From: Bugula neritina
Lineage: Eukaryota > Animalia > Bryozoa
Direction of reading: 5' to 3'
Length of the DNA: 64,000 nt
NCBI GenBank assembly: GCA_964035545.1
Contig: OZ037766.1
Span: 28,751,673-28,815,672, forward strand
The notes below the pieces were generated by a model that was not told the DNA's origin, searched no databases, and saw only the letters and a list, made by a program, of their open reading frames with translations. A program made the translations under genes and the position numbers. Positions 13,912-26,315 of the stretch are shown in pieces (the stretch's first letter is position 1; each line of letters opens with the position of its first letter).

Positions 13912-14507
13912 ACTATGATTGCTTACAACTATAAATAATGTAATATGTAAATATACACAGATTAAAGCTAGAAGATCAAAATATAACAAAAAGGTAGCAT
14001 TGTAATTAATTGGCTATGTTACAGCATTCTTGAGTAGAAATTTATTACTATGTCTGCATATGGATAAAAAGTCATAGCGCTTATTGAGGGAAGACAACTG
14101 TGGCTTATAAAGAATGAAAAATTTTTCCCATGAGCATAGCTGACAGATTTTAGTGTTGTTGTTGTATGGTTGAGTTTTTCTGAGAATTTTCCAGGATATC
14201 GTAAAATCTGGATTTTACCATATCCTGGAAAATTCTCAGAAAAACTCAACCATACAACAACAACACTAAAATCTGTCAGCTATGCTCATGGGAAAAATTT
14301 TTCATTCTTTATAAGCCACAGTTGTCTTCCCTCAATAAGCGCTATGACTTTTTATCCATATGCAGACATAGTAATAAATTTCTACTCAAGAATGCTGTAA
14401 CATAGCCAATTAATTACAATGCTACCTTTTTGTTATATTTTGATCTTCTAGCTTTAATCTGTGTATATTTACATATTACATTATTTATAGTTGTAAGCAA
14501 TCATAGT

Positions 14508-14568
14508 GGCTAATTTATCTGACGAGTGCACATCGTTCTTGTGTACGAAACTACTAGTAATAAATGCC
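14508..14568 (+). ncRNA. Type I hammerhead ribozyme
   Basis: GGC-TA-ATTTAT [CTGACGA] GTGCACA-tcgttct-TGTGTAC [GAAA] ctactag [TA] ATAAAT-GCC. Complete catalytic core, 7-bp stem II, stem I of 6+3 bp, short stem III. Predicted cleavage after GUA at 14559. Confidence 0.8.
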
Positions 14569-14664
14569 ATTATATTAATCAAATCTCATTTTATTTCTTC
14601 TAATGTTTACGCTCTAGATTTATTTCTATAGAGCACTCTAGTAACGTTTTATAAACACTCATTT

Positions 14665-14908
<244 letters not shown>

Positions 14909-15052
14909 AGTCTAAATACTTGATTAGCTATAGCTAATCAAGTATTTAGGCTATATTTCAACAGCTAGTTTATGTAGCTGTATATTACATGTGGTAGTAG
15001 TGGTAGTAGTAGCATGTGTAAGAGTAGTAGCGAATAGTAGTTATAGTGATAG

Positions 15053-17430
15053 GTGTTCGAGGAATTGATGGGAAAGACGGGATAAATGGAAGAGATGGTA
15101 GTGATGGAAGATATGAAGCAGCCAGTCCAAATGACCGTGACAGTAAATAATTAAAACTGTATAAAAAACTGTTTTCTTCATATTATATTGTTAAATATAA
15201 TATTTGTGCATGCATACATAATTATGTTATAGTGTGTACAGTAATTATCTAAAGAAAATAATAAGTGCATATTATTCAACAAATTATTTTATTAGGTTTT
15301 AGATTTTATAAATATAGAAAATGATCTTTTAAATTGAATCATTGACAATAGTTTTAACATAGCAAAGCAAAGACTATAAAGAGTCTTAAAAAGAATTGAC
15401 ATAAAATTTTGCTACAGGCAGGGATGGGGCACCAGGTTCTCCAGGCGCTCCTGGATTGAAGGGTGCTCTTGGACCAAAAGGAGAGCCAGGAGCTGTTGGC
15501 AACGCTGGGAGAGATGGCTTACCAGGTGCTCTTGGACCTAAAGGGGATAAAGGCTCACCAAGTTTAGCTGGAATTGATGGTGAAAAGGGAGAAACTGGTG
15601 CTAAAGGAGTTCAGGGTGCCGTTGGAGTGAAAGGTACAAATGAGAGAGAGGAGTTTTGTGTGCCACAGGTTTAACCCTATAGTGGTCAGTTGGACATACC
15701 TGCCTTTTAAAATTATTTAGATGCATCCACCCTAAAAAATATCCAAAGCATATTACACTGACTATATAGCTTTAGGTTAAATTGCTTACTTTTATAGATA
15801 ACTATGTTTAACAATGCAGGGTAGTAGCTTGCAGATAATTTTAGAAGTATTTACAAGAATCAGCAACTACCAACTGCTAACTATTCATATTTGAATTTAA
15901 TAAAAAATACTAAAGTTACCACAATTATTTATAAATTCTCTACTACCCCATAAATTTTAGAAATATTTAGTGTAAATACAGTACGTACTGAAGCAAAAAC
16001 TTGTTTAGGTTGCTCTATTTTCTGTCTATTTAATATCCTTATTTTAGCGCTTAAGTTTATTCATGGCCAATATCAGAGGCTTATTTAAATTGAATTGCTG
16101 TAGCTGGAGTTGTGATTCCTGTCACTTTAACATAATTCTGTCAAATAGAGCATATTATAGGGAAAGTGTTTGTGCAACAAATCCAAAATGGCCAACAGCT
16201 CTTGCAGCTTAATTATAAGGGATTAAATAGATAAGGGAGGGAAATTTAAGAATCATTAAAAAAGGTAATAGAGGATTATATTCGAGAAATTCCAGTGTGC
16301 CATTATAATGATTACATAATGTTTATGGCTTATCTTACAGGGTTGAGAGGAAATCAAGGGGTTGAAGGGCCTCAAGGAGTGAAAGGAGAAAAAGGAAGCA
16401 CTGGTAACACAGGATCAACTGGTCTAAGAGGAGCAACCGGTGATCATGGAGTGCCAGGAACTAATTTTGAAGGAGGTGCGCATGTGTACACCAGATGGGG
16501 GAGGACTAATTGCAGCGCTGGCTCAACTATACTATACAAAGGTGTGCTATTATCAAATCATTTTAGTTTAGACTGTAAAGTATATATTTTAACAAAGTTG
16601 CAGTCGTAATTGGTAAAAAAAGCACAAATTCAGTCAATACATTGATCTATTATACATAACAAAGTCTAAATCTGTATTATTTTATCAAATCTATTTGCTA
16701 TCACAGGCTATGCTGGTGGAGCACATTATTCACGCACTGGAGGTGGAGTGAACTATCAGTGTATGCCCACTGAGCCACAATATAACAAAGTATACGATAA
16801 ATCTTCCTATGGCTCTTGGATTTATGTAACAGAATATGCATCTTATAGTTATGGAGTATTCCCCAGTACAGCTCATCGCCAGGATGTACCATATGTGCCA
16901 GATGTTATACAGAGAACAGACCAGCTCTTATGATGATTCCAGCTAAGAGATCTTGTCCATCTGGGTGGACAAGAGAATATGAAGGTAATTCACAGTACAA
17001 ATACCCAACTTAATCTTTAAAATGTCAACAAATTCAAACACATCCATTTGGAGCTATATAGTCTTCAATTCTCGATGAATTTACATAGCCTTTATATTTT
17101 TTTAAAAACTTTTTTCTCATTGAAATCCAATCACATTATGATCAATTAAAAAGCTTACTACATTATTCTAGCTGCGTAATTTTGAAACATGAATATTATA
17201 ATAGTTTTAAACTTTTGTTAGGTTACCTAATGTCTAAGCGATATAATCATCCTCACCCAGCTACATATGAGTGTGTAGATCAGTACCCTGAGTATATCAC
17301 AGGGATGAGTTCTGATACAAATAATATAGCCCTGTTTCACTTTGTCAAAGGTAACTGTTACGGAAGCCCTGAACATTGCAAGTTATATTCAGGAGGCAAA
17401 CAGCTCACCTGTGTTGTTTGTTCCAGATAA
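15053..17430 (+). pseudogene. Short-chain collagen copy 3, pseudogene
   Basis: Exons 15053-15142, 15418-15633, 16341-16541, 16707-16984, 17222-17430. No exon 1, exon 2 or promoter is found between 11335 and 15053. Several Gly codons are lost in exon 3. A 2-bp AT duplication at ~16891 makes exon 6 278 nt (276 in paralogs), which is a frameshift. Confidence 0.85.
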
Positions 17431-18559
17431 TGTGGGTGTATAGAGACAAAGACTTATCCAACTAATATTTAACTGCTAAATCTTTTAACCTTTCAAAAAC
17501 CTATATCTGCTCAATTAACTTAAATTATTCAATAGGTGTACAAAGAGCAATGCTAAGAATATATATATTCTTAACATTGCTCATATATATATATATATAT
17601 ATATAGTTACTTTTTTGTTCAAATTAGTATTTTATAAGCTTGTAAAATATTAAATATTCAAATACAATGTTTTAAACGCACCAAATTTAAATATATACTT
17701 TACTGATTTTTATTAACCTATAACAAAATAGCATATATCGGAAACCAAAAACTTAATATTTTAAGAAGCCCCCAATTTTGCAAAATGAAGGAAAACCTAT
17801 CATAAAGTAAACTCTTCAGCACATGCATGTGTTAAATGATGCTAAAGAAAGGGTCTTGATCTGTGAATTATTTAGCTTAGATTTTTGTGCTTTGATACTT
17901 AAGTTTTGGTCTCAAATTTTAAAACAAACTGCCAAAAATAATATCTTTTGTTGTTAGATCTGCTATTAAAATATCTGCAAAATTAGTTTAGTTTCAGTGA
18001 ATTGTCAGATTACTAGGTGAATACTTTAAGTCTATATGAGGTATAATGAGTTTATCCCTGTTTAGGTTATGCTTGTGTTGTTGTCTATAAAAATGAAGGT
18101 CTGTAGGCTGGTGATGTAAAATGTCTTTTACTTGGTTGTATTTAGTGACAGCTAAGTAGTTTGTTGCAGGTGCTCCAATTTCAAAATATTTCCAGGTAAA
18201 TGGCAATAATTAACTAAATAAGTTGAAAAGAAAAACTATTTGCATAAGCTACTGTCTCAATACAAACAGATGATTCAAAAGACTTTAAGTTCAAGCAGCT
18301 TCTGGCTTCAAAATATAACAGTTCCTTAAAACCCACATGACATGATGTTGGCTGTGTTAGAAATACTTATATAGGCTTCATTTTACAAATATTGAAAAAT
18401 TGCAGTCATAAATGCACAGCATAAAACACATTAGCAAAATATATCTACACAGAGAGTAAGTAGATTTGAAAAATTGCCCACCTGGAAGTTCAATATATTT
18501 CCATCACAAAGCTCAGTATTTTAGTTAGACATTTATGAGATAAATAAAATAATCGCAAG

Positions 18560-18745
18560 GCCTACTTATTGAAATTTATTTACATGAGTTTATTTAAAAA
18601 GAATAAAATGTTTCCATTATTCTGATAATAAACTTGTACTCAGAACTGATGATTGAATCAGATAACATTGAATGTGACTGAATACTGATGATTATTAGTT
18701 ATTCTATGAGCTGATATGAACCAGGAACTTCCTTCTTCAACTGAA
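18560..18745. repeat. Conserved intergenic element copy
   Basis: Same core; followed by the Y-type promoter region of copy 4. Confidence 0.85.
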
Positions 18746-18954
18746 ATTGAGTGCTGGGTATAAGAAAGTCATATAAAAGTGTTCTCTACACTGGGACAAT
18801 AAGTTATATTCTATAACACAATTTTGAGGATATTGTATACAGTTATTTATGGTACACAGTCTATATAGGGTTGAAAATGGAATCTAGGGCTAATTCTGAT
18901 TATCTTAATCAAGAAAATAGTTGCAAAAGTCAATAAAAATTATAATTTGTGATA

Positions 18955-19130
18955 AAAGTAAACAATAACAATGTAGTGATAGTAAACAATAACAATATAG
19001 TGATAGTAAACAATAATAGTGTAGTGAAAGCAAACAATAACAACATAGTGATAATAAACAATAACAATATAGTGATAGTAAAAATATAACCTAATGTAGT
19101 GATAGTAAATAATGTGATAGTAACAATAAA
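18955..19130. repeat. 24-bp minisatellite (AACAATAACAATGTAGTGATAGTA)n, ~7 units
   Basis: Seen directly. The paralogous array at 56032-56058/60359-60510 is split by the BEL insertion; a degenerate relative lies at ~4430-4620. Confidence 0.8.
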
Positions 19131-19389
19131 GAATCATTTAGGCTCTTTGCTGGTAAAAATGTGAGAAGGGGGAAGCTTTCAAATAGCCTATAAGCTGCCA
19201 TAGTTTTAATGACGTACTGCAATGCTGAAATATGATTTGGTATTTAAAGCTGATTAAAAGAAAAAAAGGGCATATAGCTTTGCAACATTATGAACCAGTA
19301 CAAAACCAAATGCAATAAAATGTATAGTATATAGCAATGTAACAATGAAAGTATTTGTATTTTATGAACAAACTGAATAGTGTTTGGAA

Positions 19390-19432
19390 AGATGTGACAC
19401 GATCATTGGCTCCTTGTGAATATAGAAATTGT
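19390..19432 (+). promoter_or_regulatory. Putative core promoter of copy 4
   Basis: Conserved GATGTGAC..GATCATTGGCTCCTTGTGAATATAGAA block. Confidence 0.5.
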
Positions 19433-19580
19433 ATAAGTTCTGTTTCTAATCATAGTATGGCAGAGGTGAGTCAGAGGGCTTTACTGAGAGAGGTTCTAAG
19501 AAGAAAGTGTTATTGACAGTTTTAATGTGTCCTTGTGACCTGAGTTTGTAAAAGCATATTATAGTTGAGAGAACACAAAG

Positions 19581-22500
19581 ATGCGTGTTTCAGTAGTAAC
19601 TTTGGTCACACTCTGTTCTCTGATTGGATACTCAGCTGGTGTTGAAAGTTATGATGTAGAGGGTGTTAGAGAGTTGCTGGCAGAGCTAAAAGAAGAACTA
19701 AAAGAAGAACTAAAAGAAGAACTAAAAGAAGAACTAAAAGAAGAACTAAAAGAAGAACTAAAAGAAGAACTAAAAGAAGAACTGACGGTTATTCTTAAAC
19801 AACAGAATGAAACACATCAGCAACAATTGAAAGCTGTACAGCACGAGTTGGAGATTCAACAGCAAAAAGCCGAGGTTCAACAGAAAACTATTGTAGAGCT
19901 GCAAACAACCGTTTACTCCTTACTCAAAGCTGTAAGTTTGAACTATATATATAGTACCTAGTTGCCTTCTGCGATGGGTAAAATAATAATGAAATATACA
20001 TGTATATATGCAATCTCCAGTCTATAGTCACGTAAGCAATTTTATATATTAGGAATGTACCGCAGTTAATAAGAAGAGAAATTCCATGTTAAAAATCTAT
20101 TACTGCATGTGTGACTTTGCTGAAAGTTATTAAGTTTATAAAATAATTTACTTAATAAATGTCTAATATGATGGTATGAATTATTATCTAGTTTTTTAAA
20201 TTACTTTTAATTTTCTTCATTGTTTATGGCATGCTCATCTGGGTTGACATCATAAACTTTGAAACCCTTGCTTCAAGATGTTGCTATCCGTTGACATGTT
20301 TATACATAAAATAATTTATTTGTTAGTTGTGATTAATAGTGCTGTATGGTATGTTACTCAGATTCATAAACTTGTATTTTAAGTTGCTCACTGGGGAGTT
20401 GCCTAAAGCAGAAAACTTTGGAGATAAAGATAAGGAAGATTTTCCCAGTTTGCTGGAACAGATCTGTATTTTTGGTGAGCAGCTTTATTGAATTATAAAT
20501 GAAATTCCTGACTTCATTGGATAATGAGTATATAGTCTACTATTATAAACTGAACTTTGGCAAAAGTAAATTATGCGGTTGAAATATCTTAAAAGTCTAA
20601 TATACCAACTATAATAATATGTAATCATTGCTCACAAATCACACATTGTTGCTCACACATTGAACTTTCTGAGAATATCATAAAGTAATGGTTTCTAAAA
20701 ATACCATGGAAGTTACCAATCATCTAGTGTAGTGCTATTACTGCTTTCGCTATATCACTATTACCACTACTACTGTCTGAACCATCACCAGTAACACGAG
20801 CAACAAACTAATGCACCACGTACTACCACATCACTATAACCACTATCGCTACTGCTCATGCTCATGCTACTATAACAGCTATAACTATGTATTAGACAGC
20901 TACACATAAATTATTCAAACATGGTTTAAATATTTGATCAGGTGTTCGAGGAATTGATGGGAAAGACGGGATAAATGGAAGAGATGGAAGAGATGGTGCA
21001 GCCGGTTTAAATGGCCGCGATGGTAAATAATAAAAACTATAAAATACTATTTTCTGCATTTTATATTGCTAAATATAGTATATTATGTGCATATATACAT
21101 ATGTTATAGTTTGTGCAGTAATTATCTAAATGAAGTTAAAAGTGCATATTTTTCAACAAATTATTTTATTAGGTTTTAGATTCTATTAATATAGAAAATG
21201 ATCTCTTAAGCTGTATCAGTGGCAACATTTTGTTAATTTAATGTCTGCAATATGCATGTGCTATACTTTGAATAAACAGAATAAATAAATACTGCTCTAA
21301 AAATCAGCTCCAACATAAACTCATTGCAAAATATAGTTCGGCATTTTAATTGATTCTGCTCTGCTACTGTAGTTTACTAGTATTTAAAACAGTTACAGTC
21401 ACAGCTGTCAACATTACTTTAATTAAACAATAACGTTGTGACATTTTTCACAATAAACAAGAACTTACCTCTCGTAAAACTAGTCTATATAGGTGCTTTC
21501 CCAAAATATGAACTTTCCTTACAGGCAGAGATGGAGCACCAGGTTTTCCAGGTGCTCCTGGATCTAAAGGAGACAAAGGTTCATCAGGTTTAGCTGGACT
21601 TAGAGGAGAGAGAGGAGTACAAGGACCTCAGGGGAACCCTGGCATTGATGGTGAAAAGGGAGAAACTGGTGCTAAAGGAGTGCAAGGTGCTGCTGGAGTG
21701 AAAGGTAAAAAGAGGAGGCCAAGAAGTTTTAGGTTCTACAAGTTCAACTGTACCTATAGTGTTCAGTTAGACGTACCTGCTTTTTGAAATTACTCCATCT
21801 GTACACTTATTAATTGGGTGCATTATATGCACTGACAAATATCCAAAGCATATTACACTGACTTTCAAAGCCTAGCTTTAGGTCAAAATTGCTTAGCTTT
21901 CATAATTATGTTTGATAGTGCAGCATATAGGAGCTTACAGGTAATTGGAAGTATTTATATTACTTAGATCAACAGCCGTCAATTGCTAACTATTTATACT
22001 AAATTTTAAAATACTATTCAAGCTACCAAAATTAACTATTAATTCTGCACTAACATAACTTTTAGCTATATTTAGTCTATAAATACATGTAGCAAAAGCC
22101 CGTTTAAGTTGACCTATTTTTTACTGACCTAATCTTCTCGTTTTAGTGCTTTAGTATATTTATGGTCACTATCAGAGGTTTATTTATATGGAGTTGTTTT
22201 AGCTAAAATTCTGATCCTATAATCACTTTAACATAATTCTTTCAAATGGAGCATAATGTCGGGAAAGCGTTTATTGTAAAACAAATCTAAAGTAGCCAAC
22301 ATCTCTTGCAGCTGAATTGTAGTTAAGTAAGCTAAATAAAACCACCACTAAAAAAATTATTGAAGGATTATATTTGAGAAATTCCAGTGTGCCATTATAT
22401 CAGATAATGTTTAAGGTTCATCTTACAGGGTTAAAAGGCAACCAGGGGCTTGAAGGGTCTCAAGGAGTAAAAGGAGAAAAAGGAAACATTGGTAACACAG

Positions 22501-23490
22501 GATCAACTGGTCTAAGAGGAGCAACTGGTGCTCGTGGAGTACCAGGAACTAATTTTGAAGGAGGTGCTGTGTACACCAGATGGGGGAGGACTAATTGCAG
22601 TGCTGGCTCAACTAGACTTTACAAAGGTGTGCTAGTTATTAAATCATTTAACTTTAGATAGCAAAGTATATTTTAACAAATATATAGTTGTTTATATGCA
22701 AAAAAGCACAAGTTTAGCTAATAAAGTTATCTATTATAACATATATTAAAGTATAAGTGTGAAATTAAAGTATAAATTAACTTGTATTATTTTATCAAAA
22801 TTATTTGGTATCACACAGGCTTTACTGGAGGATCACATTGGACACACAGTGGTGGTGGAGTGAACTATCAGTGTATGCCAACTGATCCACAGTATAACAA
22901 AGCATACACTGGGTCTTTTTATGGCTCTTGGATTTACGGAACAGAGTATCATTCTTATAGTTATGGAATATTCCCCAGCTCAGCTCATAACCAGAATGTA
23001 CCATGTGCCAGATGTTATACAGAGAACAGACCAGCTCTTATGATGATTCCAGCTAAGAGATCTTGTCCAACTGGGTGGACACAGGAGTATGAAGGTAATT
23101 CATAACATAAACACAACCTCTTTAAAATGTAGCTTTTATTATAAAATTGTTTTGTAGTAATATAAAAACTTATAAACTTTTTTTATAAAAGTTCAATAAA
23201 CTTTAAATAATGAAAAATACTTAATAAACTAAAAGTTTTATTTTAAAAATCAATATGATTTTGTTCAAATTACATTTTCAGGTTACCTAATGGCTGAGCG
23301 TCATACTCATGCCCGTGCAGCTACATACGAGTGTGTAGATCAAGATCCTGAGTATATCACAGGACTGAGTGGTAGCACAAATGGAGCTCTGTTTTATTTC
23401 ATCAGAACTAGTTGTACAGATGGAACTACTGGACATTGTCCACCATATGATGACAAGAGACAGCTTACTTGTGTAGTTTGCTCTAAATAA
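19581..23490 (+). CDS. Secreted short-chain collagen copy 4, complete, ~461 aa
   Basis: Exons 19581-19931, 20384-20474, 20942-21022, 21525-21704, 22429-22626, 22819-23094, 23282-23490 (sum 1386 nt). 8x LKEE repeat in exon 1; 43 Gly-X-Y triplets. Confidence 0.9.
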
Positions 23491-24450
23491 ACAGTTTAGT
23501 GATGATGAGAATGTATAATAGTTTTCATAACAGTAAATAAGTATTATAAATAATCTGTTTCAATGAAATTCCTATCTGAAATTGCTTGGCCTAAGTATAA
23601 TATTTTCTAGCCTAAGATAACATAATGTGCTTTACTGACATAAAATCCTAAAATTACTAATTGTAATATATAAACAGAAATCTTTAATGAAAATTTGTTC
23701 TAAATACACTGACGATAAAAACCCATGTCATTGATTTCTATTGATCAATTGTAAAGAGAAAGAGTATAATATATATGAAACATTAGTTTAATAACTCAAT
23801 AAAGTTCCTATATATACTTCTGCAAACTAAATGAACAATCCTTCATAATGTAAGCAGTGCAGCACATGCATGTGATAAGTGATGTTAAAAAATTATTTAC
23901 TTTATACTTTTGAGCATTGATTGTTAGCTAGGCTCGTGTTTCGAATTTAAAAAAGTGTCAAAGGTAATGTTTTTTATTGCCAGTTTTGTCCTTTTATTAT
24001 TTTAAACAACCTGCAAAATTTCTGCATATATAGCCATGCGTTGGGTTCAGTGAATTGCTAGGCTTCTAATTGACCAAATGTAAGATATAATGATTTAATA
24101 TGTCTATTTGAGTGATGCTTTCCTTATTGTCTAGAACTGGAAGTTGGAAACCAAGAACTAACGATGCCTTTTCGTGATTGTGTTTAGTGACAGTTTAGCA
24201 GTTAGATAAAGATTAGGCTACTGGCACTACTATTTATGAATACGTACAAGCATACATATAATAAAATACTTTGCTAGTTATTAATATATTATTCTTACTC
24301 TAAAAATCTATTTGCTTCAACTACATGCCCTCCTAGTACAAACATTTAATTTTAAGAAGTTCAACTTCAAACAGCTTCCTACTTGAATCTTCGACCTGTA
24401 GTTTAAAGTTCATATTACTTGGTGTTGGCTGTCTTACAACTTCCTGAATT

Positions 24451-24556
24451 TGTAAAAACATTGCCCCTACTGAGATTCGAACTAAAGACCTCTTGCTAGG
24501 GAGCAGGCGGGTAACCAATTATAATATACCACAGGGGTTCCGGATTCTAAACAACA
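24451..24556 (-). mobile_element. 106-bp tRNA-containing element with TG..CA ends (TRIM-type solo LTR, or SINE head)
   Basis: Absent from the paralogous site at ~3595. Minus strand TGTTG...A-box-like TGGTATA..TTGG...B box GTTCGAATC...TTTTTACA. Flanked by GAATT/TAATT. Confidence 0.6.
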
Positions 24557-24904
24557 TAATTCAGTTTTCAAAGGGGTTATATGTGTTAAATAGCGAAAAG
24601 TATACACACATGAAATGATATATGGTCTCAGCAAAAGCATTAAAACATGAAATTATACCGCAAGGTTTTGCGTTATGGTTGAGCTATTACACGAAATAAA
24701 AATTAATGACATAAAAGCAAAGCATACCTATGCAAAATCAGTAAGCTAATGTAAAAAATTAAAGTATTTTTATTATTGCGATGATTGAATTAGATAACAT
24801 TCAATTGGATAATGTGTTTCTACTCTGAGAAGAAAAACTATTAGCTTTAACTATACAATGTATGTTAAAATGTCAAAATTTATTTCCAAAGACAAGGTAA
24901 AATG

Positions 24905-25065
24905 AAAAGCACACCTAAAATTAGTATGCATGCGTTTATATAAAAAGAATAAAATATTTCTATTATTCTGATAATAAAGTTGTACTCAGAACTGATGATT
25001 GAATCAGATAACACTGAATGTGACTGAATACTGATGATTATTAGTTATTCTATGAGCTGATAACA
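24905..25065. repeat. Conserved intergenic element copy (partial copy also at ~24720-24805)
   Basis: Same core; followed by the X-type promoter region of copy 5. Confidence 0.85.
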
Positions 25066-25374
25066 TCAGAAAGTTAGGTTCTCTTTTCCAAAATATTTGT
25101 AGCTATAGGAACTTCCTCTTTAGACAGAAGTTGAATGCAGAGTATAAAACATTGCATAAAAATGTGTTAAACACTGAGAGGTGTTATTCTACAATTAAAC
25201 CTTGAGAATGGTGTACAGATTACTATGGTACACGGTCTAAAGTTGAAGATGGTAGCTAAGGTTAATGGGGATCCTCACAATCAAGAAAAAAGAATACACT
25301 ATATTAAGTAGCAGAAGTTAGTAAATATTTGTAATGATGATTACAATTACAATTAAGGAATAGCTAGCTTAGAT

Positions 25375-25848
25375 CAGGGAGGGAACAGCCTTAGTCTAGG
25401 GGTTTCTCACAAGAATACAGTGACTCTACACTTGTGTGTTTTTTAGTCTAAACCAATGGTGCATGTCTATAACTTTTTCAGAGCAATTGTCTATACTGAA
25501 ATGGAACATTCTGGTGGTGAGGGTCACATTGTGAAATTTAGCTTGATCTGAGGACCATAGTATTAGCATATTTAATATAAGTTACTTGTTTCTAAATTTC
25601 TATTCCTATGACATCAGTGATAACTGTCTCGTGTCAATGTATAATGTCCCATGCAATAGCTACTGCATGCTGCATCTTTCGTAGCATGTTTGTAAATACA
25701 ATATTTAAAAGGTAAATTTTCCACTCTAATTCATATATATGTGAAAACTAATTTTATTTGTTAAATGTTATGCCTTTGAGGGCCACATAAATGTAGGCTG
25801 GGAGTCACATATAAGGGCCCGCATGAGGCCACCTGTTGGACAGCCCTG
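25375..25848. mobile_element. hAT-like MITE, paralog of 5418-5773
   Basis: Right TIR GTTGGACAGCCCTG intact, left end rearranged; internal sequence aligns with 5418-5773. Confidence 0.55.
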
Positions 25849-26131
25849 TACTAGACTAATGATTGCTGCAAACCCAATCAGCCAATAACTTGTTAACAGT
25901 CACTAAGCTACCAAAAATTGAATGGAATGCTGCAATGCTAAAATATAATTTAACCTTCAAACTTGACAACAAAAAAAATGCATTGTAGTTTTCAAAAGCT
26001 AAAACAGCACAAAAACTAGTGACAATAAGAAGTATTGTATATGCTAATGTAAAAGAAGACTTATTTTAACTTTATTAACAAACTGAATAGAGTAGAGAGA
26101 TTGATTACACATGCACCAGCTGCAGTCAATA

Positions 26132-26172
26132 GATGTGACTTGATCATTGGCTCCTTGTGAATATAAAAGTTG
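26132..26172 (+). promoter_or_regulatory. Putative core promoter of copy 5
   Basis: GATGTGACTTGATCATTGGCTCCTTGTGAATATAAAAG: inverted CCAAT plus TATAAAA. Confidence 0.55.
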
Positions 26173-26315
26173 TATCAATTCTGTTTATAGTCATAACAAG
26201 GTAGACATCAGCTGATCAAAGAAGACTCAAAGAATAAATTGATTTAGAAAGTTTTAAAGTGTTAATAATTGTGCTTTGATTTCATAAAAGTTTTGTTAAA
26301 AGAACACCATAAAAA

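Larger units (their letters stand above)
13815..14604. mobile_element. Penelope-like element (PLE) remnant: two 3' fragments (GIY-YIG C-terminus plus pLTR) arranged head-to-head as a 790-bp palindrome
   Basis: 394-bp arms, 2-nt spacer at 14209-14210, one mismatch seen (14200/14219). Frame 14211-14405 (+, mirrored on -) reads DFTISWKILRKTQPYNNNTKICQLCSWEKFFILYKPQLSSLNKRYDFLSICRHSNKFLLKNAVT*, matching the W.IL...YN..K.C.LC..EK..I...LNKR.....CRH pattern of PLE endonuclease C-termini. A hammerhead motif follows. Confidence 0.8.

Noticed and set aside
14019-14400. Mirror-image 76-aa ORFs MSFSENFPGY...
   Set aside because: By-product of the palindrome; the meaningful frame is the PLE endonuclease tail at 14211-14405.
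14607-14642. Hairpin plus CTAGT resembling a Helitron 3' end
   Set aside because: Hairpin is AT-rich with a long loop and there is no 5' TC end or other copy; may simply be the PLE tail.
24462-24540. Functional tRNA gene
   Set aside because: D-arm and anticodon arm are irregular and the sequence is a lineage-specific insertion; treated as a tRNA-derived mobile element.
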